26,556 nt of DNA from a virus. Its lineage: Duplodnaviria; Caudoviricetes. The position numbers and the translations under genes were made by a program. Below, piece after piece: positions 1-7,571 of the stretch. Where the stretch lies: IMG/VR virus record IMGVR_UViG_3300033067_000014, positions 1 through 26,556 of that record. One strand, given 5' to 3'. How positions within the stretch are numbered: the stretch's first letter is position 1; the number at the start of each line of letters is the position of its first letter. The notes below the pieces were generated by a model. The model saw nothing but the letters and a program-made list of their open reading frames with translations, was not told where the DNA came from and searched no databases.

Positions 1-282
1 ACACACATAGCAAAACTCTTTCGCAAAAACGACCCACAGACATCATTTGAAGCAGCAGAAAAAATCGACACAACAAAAACAGAAAAGATGGTCTATGAAG
101 CCATCAAATCATTTGGAGACAACGGATGTATAAGCGACCAAGTTCTAGAACTTTTCCCCACGCTCCCCTATTCAAGCGTGACAGCTCGGTACAAAGCCCT
201 TTTGGAGAAGGGCTACATCAAAATCGAAGGAACGAGAGTTGGCCGCTCAGGTCGTCAACAGAGGATTATGAAATGCCAATAA
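1..282 (+). CDS. Putative winged helix-turn-helix DNA-binding protein (5'-truncated by window)
   Basis: Frame is open from base 1 (THIAKLFRKNDPQTSFEAAEK...), so it extends the 88..282 ORF. The R-x-x-DP-x-TS-x-x-AA motif followed by SSVTARYKALLEKGYI and GRSGRQQRI resembles small phage wHTH proteins. Confidence 0.65.
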   Translation, partial: THIAKLFRKNDPQTSFEAAEKIDTTKTEKMVYEAIKSFGDNGCISDQVLELFPTLPYSSVTARYKALLEKGYIKIEGTRVGRSGRQQRIMKCQ

Positions 283-347
283 CTGACACTCATATACTTT
301 TTCTCATCGTTCTTGCCGCAGCTTTTTTTGATTGGATTTTCTGGTGA
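273..347 (+). CDS. Small membrane peptide (24 aa, MPITDTHILFLIVLAAAFFDWIFW)
   Basis: ATG at 273 overlaps the end of the upstream gene; one hydrophobic segment; its stop overlaps the next GTG (GTGA). Confidence 0.45.
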   Translation: MPITDTHILFLIVLAAAFFDWIFW

Positions 348-538
348 TTAACGCATTCCATCCCGCTTACGTCGAAACGTATATGCCAGAGTTCATGTCC
401 AGACTTCGTAAGGAGTCTGGACAAAAAGCCAACGGTCAAAAGTTTGGTGCTCTATCTCGCTCTAAGCAACCTTCACTAGAGAACACTGATTTCTATGTCT
501 ACGCAAGAGCGGGGATGCCAAAAGGAGTTAAAAAATGA
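344..538 (+). CDS. Hypothetical protein
   Basis: GTG at 344 is coupled to the previous stop; its own stop overlaps the next ATG (ATGA at 535-538). Confidence 0.55.
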   Translation: MINAFHPAYVETYMPEFMSRLRKESGQKANGQKFGALSRSKQPSLENTDFYVYARAGMPKGVKK

Positions 539-732
539 GTGACGGCGGCAAAGGTTCAGCGCAACGACCAACAGACCAAAAGAAATGGTCAAGCGGTTAT
601 GACAACATTCAATGGACAAAAGAAGAAGATGAAGCATTTGACAAAATCACCAAAGTACAAGACAGTTCTAGCTCCCAATGGGCCGAAACAGGAGCCAAAG
701 GTGGAACCGAAACCAAGAGTCAAGAAGATTAG
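535..732 (+). CDS. Hypothetical small phage protein (MSDGGKGS...RP)
   Basis: Strong AAGGAG RBS upstream and ATGA coupling to the previous gene. Confidence 0.65.
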   Translation: MSDGGKGSAQRPTDQKKWSSGYDNIQWTKEEDEAFDKITKVQDSSSSQWAETGAKGGTETKSQED

Positions 733-826
733 TGAACAAGTCAACAAATCGAAAATTGCCGTCCAACTTAGAGAGCGTGATGTCTCTACGGGGCGACTCA
801 AGGGTTTTAACAAGCTATCAGGGTAA
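629..826 (+). CDS. Hypothetical basic Pro/Lys-rich protein
   Basis: Internal ATG at 629 of ORF 539..826 (MKHLTKSPKYKTVLAPNGP...). It overlaps both neighbours, so the start is uncertain. Confidence 0.4.
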   Translation: MKHLTKSPKYKTVLAPNGPKQEPKVEPKPRVKKISEQVNKSKIAVQLRERDVSTGRLKGFNKLSG

Positions 827-941
827 GCAAGAAAACCTTGCAAAGTTCACAAGACAAGTCTTATGGCGATGCAAGGTTTGCGATGAATACTTTGAAACAC
901 TAGGCGAAGCAAAGGAACACAACATTGGAAAACATCATTAA
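780..941 (+). CDS. Small C2H2 zinc-finger protein (53 aa)
   Basis: C-terminus CKVC-DEY-F-ETLGE-A-KE-H-NIGK-H. Likely start is ATG 780 within ORF 678..941. Confidence 0.55.
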   Translation: MSLRGDSRVLTSYQGKQENLAKFTRQVLWRCKVCDEYFETLGEAKEHNIGKHH

Positions 942-1020
942 CCTAGTCGCATTCATCTTTGCTGTCGCCCTTATTGCGCTTACAGCATTTGTGATTGCTC
1001 TCAGCTATCTTTCTCGATAG
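925..1020 (+). CDS. Small single-pass membrane peptide (31 aa, MENIINLVAFIFAVALIALTAFVIALSYLSR); not in the ORF track
   Basis: TTG at 925 preceded by AAGGA; one uninterrupted hydrophobic helix; TAG at 1018-1020. Confidence 0.5.
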   Translation: MENIINLVAFIFAVALIALTAFVIALSYLSR

Positions 1021-1522
1021 AGGTGTTAAACAGTTCTATTTCGGCATCCCTACGTCGAACTAGACCTTTCAGCACCTTGCCTCCAGCTTTCGTCCATTGC
1101 TTAAATGCCTCAGAAGCGCCCTCCCAATCTTCCCTTCCAATCTTCATGCGAATGGTAGATTTCTGAAAATTCCCCAAGCCGACATTGAAGGAAAACGCAA
1201 CGCAAGCGTCGAATGCACCTTGACGACCAATAAGATTGGGAGCAAGTCTAAGAACACCACGTTCAAAAGAAGTGAGGTCATGTCGGAATAGCGAGTCGAT
1301 TTCTTCTTTAGACCATACACGGTTATGCTCCTGTTTCAATGGAAACTCATTGCGAATCAAGCCAGCGTAGCCTTCTTTTCTAATCATTGGAAGTCTTATC
1401 TGCTCTTGATACAGCACAGAACCAACACCAATCGTCCAAATGTTTGCCGCACATAAATACGGCTTGTTTCTCACTCCCTCATAGTATTTGATGAGGTCTA
1501 TTCCTTTTGTGCTGATATTCAT
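1001..1522 (-). CDS. Endolysin, GH24 (T4/P21-type) lysozyme
   Basis: IKYYEG...PYLCAANIWTIGVG (E-X8-C-X5-T), FSFNVGLG, W-x-KAGGKVLKGLVRRRDAE. ATG 1522 (MNISTKG) has an AGGA RBS and an ATGA overlap, so it is preferred over 1537. Confidence 0.95.
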   Translation of the reverse strand: MNISTKGIDLIKYYEGVRNKPYLCAANIWTIGVGSVLYQEQIRLPMIRKEGYAGLIRNEFPLKQEHNRVWSKEEIDSLFRHDLTSFERGVLRLAPNLIGRQGAFDACVAFSFNVGLGNFQKSTIRMKIGREDWEGASEAFKQWTKAGGKVLKGLVRRRDAEIELFNTSIEKDS

Positions 1523-2103
1523 TTTGCATCCTTGCAATTTTCAAAATGGTATCTACGCATATTTCCTCCGCCACCTTGTAAGCCGCAATGAGGGCACTCA
1601 ACAATTTTTCTCTTACCTTTGCAAGCCTCGCTTAATTTTTTTGCATAGTCTGGATTTGCAATCCTTATTGCGGCAGATGCTATGTATGGAGCAGGGTTTC
1701 TTTTTATTCCTTTTGCTTTTCCATATTTTTCTTTTCTTTCATCTGAGGACAATCTTTGCATTACAGTCTTCATGTGAAAATTCGGTCGTTTTGCATGACT
1801 AGCCTCTCCAGAGGCAAAGCCTATTGCCTTATTGTTGGAGTTGTATAACCCATCTTTGAAAAATATATCCAAAAATGCTTGCTCAATTTCTTTGGCTTCG
1901 GCATGGGTTAAAGTTTCTTTGACAAGAACAAACTCAAACTTTTCTTCTCCATGTCTGCTCCAAGAATTTTGCAAATACTTGCAATGATGCTTACCAAACT
2001 TTAATCCAGTTTTGTGCTCTTTGAATCGTCTTTTTATGTCAACAGACGAGCCAAAATAAGCCTTTCTAGATGCAACATGGCGTATTGCGTATAACCCAAT
2101 CAT
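1519..2103 (-). CDS. Free-standing GIY-YIG homing endonuclease with C-terminal putative zinc-binding motif
   Basis: GLY...YFGSS...RRFKEH, LQNSWSRHGEEKFEF, conserved E and LYN; C-terminal CPHC...H-x-x-NC; visibly AT-richer than its flanks. Confidence 0.88.
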   Translation of the reverse strand: MIGLYAIRHVASRKAYFGSSVDIKRRFKEHKTGLKFGKHHCKYLQNSWSRHGEEKFEFVLVKETLTHAEAKEIEQAFLDIFFKDGLYNSNNKAIGFASGEASHAKRPNFHMKTVMQRLSSDERKEKYGKAKGIKRNPAPYIASAAIRIANPDYAKKLSEACKGKRKIVECPHCGLQGGGGNMRRYHFENCKDAK

Positions 2104-2606
2104 TTTTTGCTCATTCCTCTAGAGCCAAACCAATATCCCACAATCGAACCAAGCATAGCCATTTCATCTTCGCTGAAAATTTCATTGCCGACCTTCACCA
2201 AGTCTTCAACGCTCTTAATCATCTCTGGATGTGCCCATACATAGTAGCCAAGACCCGCATTGATGAATACAAGCTCTAGGACAAACAAATATGTAACGGT
2301 TGGACGCACAGTACCAACATAAGTTGAAACCCACCCTGCCGCCTTCTCTAGCACCTTTGCCTCATGCTGATACGCTGCCTGAGTCATTGCAGCATCGGCT
2401 TGGATGGAAATTTGGTCTGTGCGGATTTCTTCGACCTTTGCTTGAGCTGTAAAACCAGCAGCGGCCAAGGCCAACTCGCGCTCTGTTTGGATTCTTGCTA
2501 GTTCAGCTTCGTGCTTTTGGTCTGCCTTGCTTTGAAATAAGTCAATCAACTTAGGAAGCATGGACAGCAGCAAGCCGCCAAGGGTTGAAAATAAAGATAG
2601 CATCAT
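2100..2606 (-). CDS. Holin (3-TM, GTA-holin-like)
   Basis: N-terminal hydrophobic segment, coiled coil, VRPTVTY followed by a TM segment, and C-terminal GYWFGSRGMSKK; lies upstream of the endolysin. Confidence 0.75.
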   Translation of the reverse strand: MMLSLFSTLGGLLLSMLPKLIDLFQSKADQKHEAELARIQTERELALAAAGFTAQAKVEEIRTDQISIQADAAMTQAAYQHEAKVLEKAAGWVSTYVGTVRPTVTYLFVLELVFINAGLGYYVWAHPEMIKSVEDLVKVGNEIFSEDEMAMLGSIVGYWFGSRGMSKK

Positions 2607-2797
2607 TCGCCTTTCGGGTTGTTGGGTTGTTCAAACTGTTCTATCTTTTTCTGTAACCTTTTCTCCAGCTCTGTCATGCGCTTGTCGCGCCTATCCATCT
2701 CAATGAACATCTTGGTGACGATTGGAGTGATTATGAGGACGATTGCCAATATCAGACAAGCCAACCCCACAATCAGTCTGTAAATGAATTTATCCAT
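2603..2797 (-). CDS. Small single-pass membrane protein with coiled coil (64 aa)
   Basis: Likely start at ATG 2797 (MDKFIYRLIVGLACLILAIVLIITPIV...) rather than 2887; ATGA coupling to the holin. Confidence 0.65.
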   Translation of the reverse strand: MDKFIYRLIVGLACLILAIVLIITPIVTKMFIEMDRRDKRMTELEKRLQKKIEQFEQPNNPKGE

Positions 2798-3492
2798 ACG
2801 GCCCACAGCTCCAGAACGAACAGCAAGGTTAGGAACACTGCCGCTGTTAGTTCTACCCTTTGCAGATATTCCTCCTCGCGTAGCCATGACTCTTGCTGTT
2901 TCCTGATACGTTCACGTTCCCGTCTAGCGGCCTGTTTGTCTTTTGCGTTCTCGTATATTTTGTGGAAATTGTCCCACAATGGGCCTAATTGCGGAGGCAC
3001 ATGAGCGCCGCGCATCATCCCACTGAGCTTCATGTATGCCCCATCAAGCTCATGCCTGATTTGAGATAGGAGAAGGATGTCGCGGGGGTCTGGTCTATCC
3101 ATTGCATAGACCTCATCTGACTTGGTTTCGTACAGCTCAGTCAGTTCACGATGATGGTGATAGAAGTCGCCAACGTGGGTTACAAATTGTTGGACAATCT
3201 CCGCCTCAGTTGGGATGTGCTTTACAAACACTTCCTTGGGTTTTGATTTTTGTTGCGGAGCCTCTGGACTCTGCAAGGTTGGTTGCGGAGTCTGTTTTGG
3301 TTTAAAGACTCCGCTAATCAGCGCCCAAATGCCCTTGACCTCTTTTACGATGGCTTGGGCATCTTCCGCAGCTTTCTTGATTTTCTGGACTTGAACCTTG
3401 CCATCAGACAAAGCATCCATGCAATACTGGATGCCCGTGAAAGCACCCTGCATTGCCTTGATTGCTAGGCCGATGGTTATTGGGTCAAGCAC
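2773..3492 (-). CDS. Hypothetical membrane-associated protein in the lysis region
   Basis: 239-aa ORF with an amphipathic N-terminus, helical body, charged coiled coil and C-terminal TM segment. Confidence 0.75.
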   Translation of the reverse strand: MLDPITIGLAIKAMQGAFTGIQYCMDALSDGKVQVQKIKKAAEDAQAIVKEVKGIWALISGVFKPKQTPQPTLQSPEAPQQKSKPKEVFVKHIPTEAEIVQQFVTHVGDFYHHHRELTELYETKSDEVYAMDRPDPRDILLLSQIRHELDGAYMKLSGMMRGAHVPPQLGPLWDNFHKIYENAKDKQAARRERERIRKQQESWLREEEYLQRVELTAAVFLTLLFVLELWAVWINSFTD

Positions 3493-3493
3493 A

Positions 3494-3679
3494 TCACTTA
3501 ATGTGAGGCATCAAAGTTGACCAGATTACTCCAGCCATGCCCACAGTCATAATTCCAAACGCCTTGATGATGATGGCCTCAAGACGCTTGAGCCGAGCAT
3601 TTATCTGCTCATAGCGCATAGCGCATACTGCTTCGTGTGAATCTAAACGCGCCTCTGTTGCGTCAATCGTAGCCATCAT
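3494..3679 (-). CDS. Small coiled-coil plus TM protein (XhlA-like architecture)
   Basis: RLDSHEAVCAMRYEQINARLKRLE followed by a hydrophobic helix; typical position after a fibre gene. Confidence 0.65.
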   Translation of the reverse strand: MMATIDATEARLDSHEAVCAMRYEQINARLKRLEAIIIKAFGIMTVGMAGVIWSTLMPHIK

Positions 3680-6393
3680 TTTTCCTTTAAAAGTTGTTCA
3701 AGTTGTTGAATGCGTGACTCTGCGGCCAACAAACGCTCTGCGAGCTTGATGACCGAAACCATTGCGGCGTTGCCATAAGCGACAGACAGGATTCCATCTT
3801 CGTTTTTAAGCACAGAGTTTGGAAGCAGCTTTTGCAATGACTGAGCAGAAACACCGTCTTGAGTCAATTCAACATCAATACGGTCATACGTTCCATGTTT
3901 GATTTGCGCAAGCTGCTCAACAAAATTATCAGAATAACCACGCCAATTGATTTTCAAGGACTCGTCTGAGTTTGCGGTTACTGTTCCGCCGCAAGTCAAG
4001 TTAGTTCCGTTAAATGTCAGGTTGGCAGAGCCAGCAAATGCGCCAGCGTTGTTGTATTGGACTTGAGTTGTAGAACCTGCTGGAGCAGCGGAAACAGCCA
4101 AATCACCAGAACCCAACAACGTCGAGCCATTGATTGTTTTGATGTTTGTTCCACTCACTAAGGCGGCTTGTTTGTTGTTAAACGTATTCCAGTTTGCAGA
4201 GGTTAAGTAACCATCAACGCTCGTAGTGGCCGCAGCCATGCTAATTACTGGAGTTGTTCCGCCGCTTGATGCCACTGGAGCAGTGGCAGTAACGCTAGCC
4301 ACGCCACCACTTGTGCCATTTGATGCGGCAGTGATACGGCCTTGAGCGTCAACAGTGATACTTGCCGCCGTGTATGAGCCAGCGGTAACTGAGGTGTTTG
4401 ACAAAGCAATCGTGACGGCAGATGAGCCGTTATACGAAGTGCCGCTCAAACCAGTCCCAATAGTCAATCCGTTTGCAACAGAACCAGCAGAGCCAGTTGT
4501 GTTTTGGTTCCATGTTGGAACAGTGCCAGACAAGTTTGCGTAGGTGTAGCCAGTGCAATTTGTCAAAACGCCGCTTGTTGGAGTCCCAAGCAAAGGCGTA
4601 ACCAAAGTTGGACTTGTTGATAAAACAACATCACCAGAACCAGTTGAGGTTGCAACGCCAGTACCGCCATTGGCAACGGGCAAAGTGCCGTTTACACCAG
4701 CCGTCAAAGAGACTGTATTGTTTTCCCACAGGCTTGTCGAACTGTTGTAAACAATGGTTTGTCCGTTAGATGGGGTCTGTGCGCTGACATTGTGCAATTC
4801 ATCAAGTTCATATCCGTTTTGAACTTTGACTTGAATCTTGCCTTGAGTTGGGTGGGCGTGAGTAACAACACCAACGTACACCAAATGAATTGGCGCGTAG
4901 GGCTTTGTGCCTGTCATAGCGCCAGCCGTAACGCCACTCAAATAAAGTTGCTCACCATCCGAATAGGCAGAAGTGTCAAGATTTGTCACTAAGCCAATGA
5001 TGGTTACATAGCCATTTGAGTTATTGGAAATGTCAGCAGTAACCAAGCCTTGCGTTTGAGCGGATGTCGCATCAGACGTTGCCAAGGCTTTTGCAATCGT
5101 TGGCAATTGACCAATGGCTCCGTTGACATAAACAACAGTGCCTTTGGTCATTGTTGCGCCAGAACTGTTCCTGACTTGCAGCAGCAAAGTGGAGGCTGGA
5201 GATGCAGCAGACACAGCCAAATCAACAGCAGTACCCACTTGGCTTACTGTGATGCTTCCATCGGTAGAAGTTACGCTTGCCAATGCGCCAACATCAGCCG
5301 CATTCAGAACGACTGTGCCTGTATAGCCATTGACAGATGTGACGGCATCGGTGTTGTCAATCTGTTCCCAAACAGAACCATTGAAAACTGCCAAGTCGCC
5401 AATGCTCCAATCAGTGATGCCGTTCAAGTTGGTTGAACCAGCCACGCTCACCGCGTAGTAGTGGCCTTTTGTGCCAACGCTTGATGTGAGTGTTGGAGTG
5501 TTGGTAGAAGCATTCCATGTACCTTGATAAATCAACCCGCCCTGAATTGAGGCAGGGATTTGAGACAACGGAACAGTACCGCCAGCATCAAGAGTCGCCG
5601 CGCCTAGAGCCGCGCCAGCAGTCAAAACAGCGGCAGTACCGAGGCCAAGGTTTGTACGGGCATCAGAGGCGGTAGAAGCGCCCGTTCCGCCATCGGCAAT
5701 AGCCAAGTCAGTGATGCCTGTAATTGAGCCGCCAGTGATTGTTACGCTGTTTGCATTTTGAGATGCAATAGTTCCAACATCCGATGGTTGCAAGGCGGTG
5801 TCGGCTGTTGCGCCTTGAGCGGCTGTTGCGTATGCGCTTGCGTCTGTTGTTGCCGCAGTGCCAAGGCCCAAGTTTGTTCGTGCGTCTGCCGCTGTGGATG
5901 CGCCTGTGCCGCCATCAGCAATTGCCAAGTCGGTGATGCCAGAAATAGAGCCACCAGTAATGGTGACGTTGCTTGAGTTCTGAGTCGCAATAGAACCAAG
6001 GCCAAGGTTTGTTCTTGCGCCAGATGCGGTTGTCGCACCAGTACCACCAGATGCCACTGGCACTGTGTCCAATGAAATCTGATTGGTTGTGTTGTTTACA
6101 ACAATTGGAGTTACGCCCGTGTAACTTGTTGCGCTAATTGGGCCAACATCAGAAGATGAGCCATTTGTAAATACGATGTGAAGGTATTGGTCGCCGTCAA
6201 TCGTCACTACGGTGATTGACTCAATGCCGACACCAGCAACTCCACGGTCAAGCGAAATGACCTGAGTTGGAGTTGGGGTCAACTCAAGGATTACATTGTT
6301 TCCGCCCTCCGCAATCAAAGTTGTTGCAGGAGCAGGAGTAAGGTTCAATTGGACGTTGTTTGCGTCCTGAACCACAACATTGATGTTTGCCAT
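3676..6393 (-). CDS. Long tail fibre with C-terminal intramolecular chaperone (peptidase S74-like)
   Basis: 905 aa, Gly/Thr/Ser/Ala-rich; GGTGA...ARTNLGLG repeats; SDESLK...GVSAQSLQKLLP...V-x-Y followed by a terminal coiled coil. Confidence 0.88.
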   Translation of the reverse strand: MANINVVVQDANNVQLNLTPAPATTLIAEGGNNVILELTPTPTQVISLDRGVAGVGIESITVVTIDGDQYLHIVFTNGSSSDVGPISATSYTGVTPIVVNNTTNQISLDTVPVASGGTGATTASGARTNLGLGSIATQNSSNVTITGGSISGITDLAIADGGTGASTAADARTNLGLGTAATTDASAYATAAQGATADTALQPSDVGTIASQNANSVTITGGSITGITDLAIADGGTGASTASDARTNLGLGTAAVLTAGAALGAATLDAGGTVPLSQIPASIQGGLIYQGTWNASTNTPTLTSSVGTKGHYYAVSVAGSTNLNGITDWSIGDLAVFNGSVWEQIDNTDAVTSVNGYTGTVVLNAADVGALASVTSTDGSITVSQVGTAVDLAVSAASPASTLLLQVRNSSGATMTKGTVVYVNGAIGQLPTIAKALATSDATSAQTQGLVTADISNNSNGYVTIIGLVTNLDTSAYSDGEQLYLSGVTAGAMTGTKPYAPIHLVYVGVVTHAHPTQGKIQVKVQNGYELDELHNVSAQTPSNGQTIVYNSSTSLWENNTVSLTAGVNGTLPVANGGTGVATSTGSGDVVLSTSPTLVTPLLGTPTSGVLTNCTGYTYANLSGTVPTWNQNTTGSAGSVANGLTIGTGLSGTSYNGSSAVTIALSNTSVTAGSYTAASITVDAQGRITAASNGTSGGVASVTATAPVASSGGTTPVISMAAATTSVDGYLTSANWNTFNNKQAALVSGTNIKTINGSTLLGSGDLAVSAAPAGSTTQVQYNNAGAFAGSANLTFNGTNLTCGGTVTANSDESLKINWRGYSDNFVEQLAQIKHGTYDRIDVELTQDGVSAQSLQKLLPNSVLKNEDGILSVAYGNAAMVSVIKLAERLLAAESRIQQLEQLLKEK
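5638..6060 (-). repeat. Intragenic fibre repeats (three GGTGA..A..ARTNLGLG units; two TITGGSI.GITDLAIADGGTGAST units)
   Basis: Visible in the translation; the DNA copies differ mostly at synonymous positions. Confidence 0.85.
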
Positions 6394-6402
6394 GTCATCC
6401 CC

Positions 6403-6885
6403 TTAAACAACAACCACACCATCAGAACGAACTAAGAACATCAAGAAAATGATGTTGTCCTCTGCGGGTGTTGGGGTTACTGCGGGGAAACTGATTTTGA
6501 TGCGACCAGTGAAGCATACGCAATCAACAGCGTTAATGTCCAACTCAGGGTCGCTTGAGATTAAATCCCATGACGAATCATCAATTACCAATGTGAATGT
6601 GCCAGCGGCATCATCACGGTTGGCGATTGTCAAAGAAACAGGTGTTGGGGTTGGCAAGTAGTTGCCGACATCAAACGTCAAGCCATTACGGGTGTCATTG
6701 AGGTTTGAAACGGTGCGTCGAACGATTTGAGCGTCGATTGTTACGCCAGTCAGGTCGATTGGAACACCAAGAGTGTTCAATGCAAGATTCCAATACGTTT
6801 GCTGTTCCCATACGAGTTCACCAGCAATGATTGGGTTGTTAAAGCCGCTTACTTGCGTAAGGGTGTTTTGCGAAAAGAGTGCCAT
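6403..6885 (-). CDS. Virion structural protein, BppU-like fibre adaptor (putative)
   Basis: PIDLTGVTIDAQIVRR...GTFTLVIDD beta-rich pattern; lies directly before the fibre gene. Confidence 0.55.
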   Translation of the reverse strand: MALFSQNTLTQVSGFNNPIIAGELVWEQQTYWNLALNTLGVPIDLTGVTIDAQIVRRTVSNLNDTRNGLTFDVGNYLPTPTPVSLTIANRDDAAGTFTLVIDDSSWDLISSDPELDINAVDCVCFTGRIKISFPAVTPTPAEDNIIFLMFLVRSDGVVVV

Positions 6886-6895
6886 TTGACATTTC

Positions 6896-6964
6896 CCTGA
6901 ACTCAGGTTGTGACGCTCCCCATGTACTCACGGGGCTACGGAAGTCTTATTTTATCGTGTCACA
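6896..6964 (-). promoter_or_regulatory. Structured intergenic leader with a possible -10 element
   Basis: Minus strand: TAAAAT (6949-6954), hairpin CCCCGTG-AGTA-CATGGGG (6918-6935), and hairpin CCTG-AGTT-CAGG (6896-6907) overlapping the RBS. Confidence 0.45.
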
Positions 6965-6976
6965 GAAATCAATGGC

Positions 6977-7258
6977 TCAATATTTACCTTCGGCAAACAC
7001 ATTCACAAACACAGTTCCGTCTTCCAAGGCTTCAAGTTCATGCCACTCATTTGCCACAAGGTTCACGGGTTGCGTGTCTTTGGTGATAACCAATTCTCTA
7101 CCTTCTTTACGAGCAACGAGCGAACCTGCATGAACCATCGTTAGATGCGAGTATATGTGTTCATGCTTTGGCAAGCCTTGTCCTTTATTGGCATGAAATA
7201 TGTGCAAAGCCACACCGTCATAATTCACCTTATGAGCGGGGACTACCGTTTGCGTCAT
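6977..7258 (-). CDS. Cupin-fold protein
   Basis: G-x-GLPKHEH-x-x-x-H-x-T-x-V-x-x-G and WHELEALEDGTVFVNV match the two cupin motifs with His ligands. Confidence 0.8.
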   Translation of the reverse strand: MTQTVVPAHKVNYDGVALHIFHANKGQGLPKHEHIYSHLTMVHAGSLVARKEGRELVITKDTQPVNLVANEWHELEALEDGTVFVNVFAEGKY

Positions 7259-7563
7259 AATGTTTGAGCGCCTTGGCTGATTGGTTGATTTACCTCTGGA
7301 TAAGGCAACCCAGTAACAGGGTCTGCGCCAGCAACCAGTTGTGTAACTTGGCCTTCATGGTTGCCGTCAATAATCTGTTGGTAAACCCATCGGCCTGTCA
7401 TTGCGTAATCGTCTGAACGAGCGCAATAGAGACACAACTCCATTGGGAAACCTTCCGCAGGGCTAATTTCTATATCAGCAAAATAAACACCTTCTTCATC
7501 GCCTGATTTGCGAACATTTTTTATGCCGCCAAAAGTTACCAAACCAATTGTTGTATTCATCAT
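7255..7563 (-). CDS. Putative tail fibre assembly chaperone-like protein
   Basis: ARSDDYAMTGRWVYQQIIDG resembles the A-x-x-DD...GR...G pattern of Tfa-like proteins; follows an adhesin-like gene. Start probably 7563 or 7560. Confidence 0.5.
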   Translation of the reverse strand: MMNTTIGLVTFGGIKNVRKSGDEEGVYFADIEISPAEGFPMELCLYCARSDDYAMTGRWVYQQIIDGNHEGQVTQLVAGADPVTGLPYPEVNQPISQGAQTL

Positions 7564-7571
7564 ATTTTCTT

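Noticed and set aside
1519-2103. Group I intron around either endonuclease (also 18623..19171)
   Set aside because: Both ORFs abut or overlap intact flanking genes, leaving no non-coding sequence for a ribozyme core, and no host gene is split.
2603-3492. Spanin assignment for the 64-aa or 239-aa proteins
   Set aside because: The Cys contexts (GLAC followed by more hydrophobic residues; IQYC) do not fit a canonical lipobox and signal peptide, so no spanin call is made.
5638-6060. Repeats considered as a CRISPR array or mobile-element ends
   Set aside because: They are degenerate, in-frame protein-coding repeats with no constant repeat and unique spacer structure.
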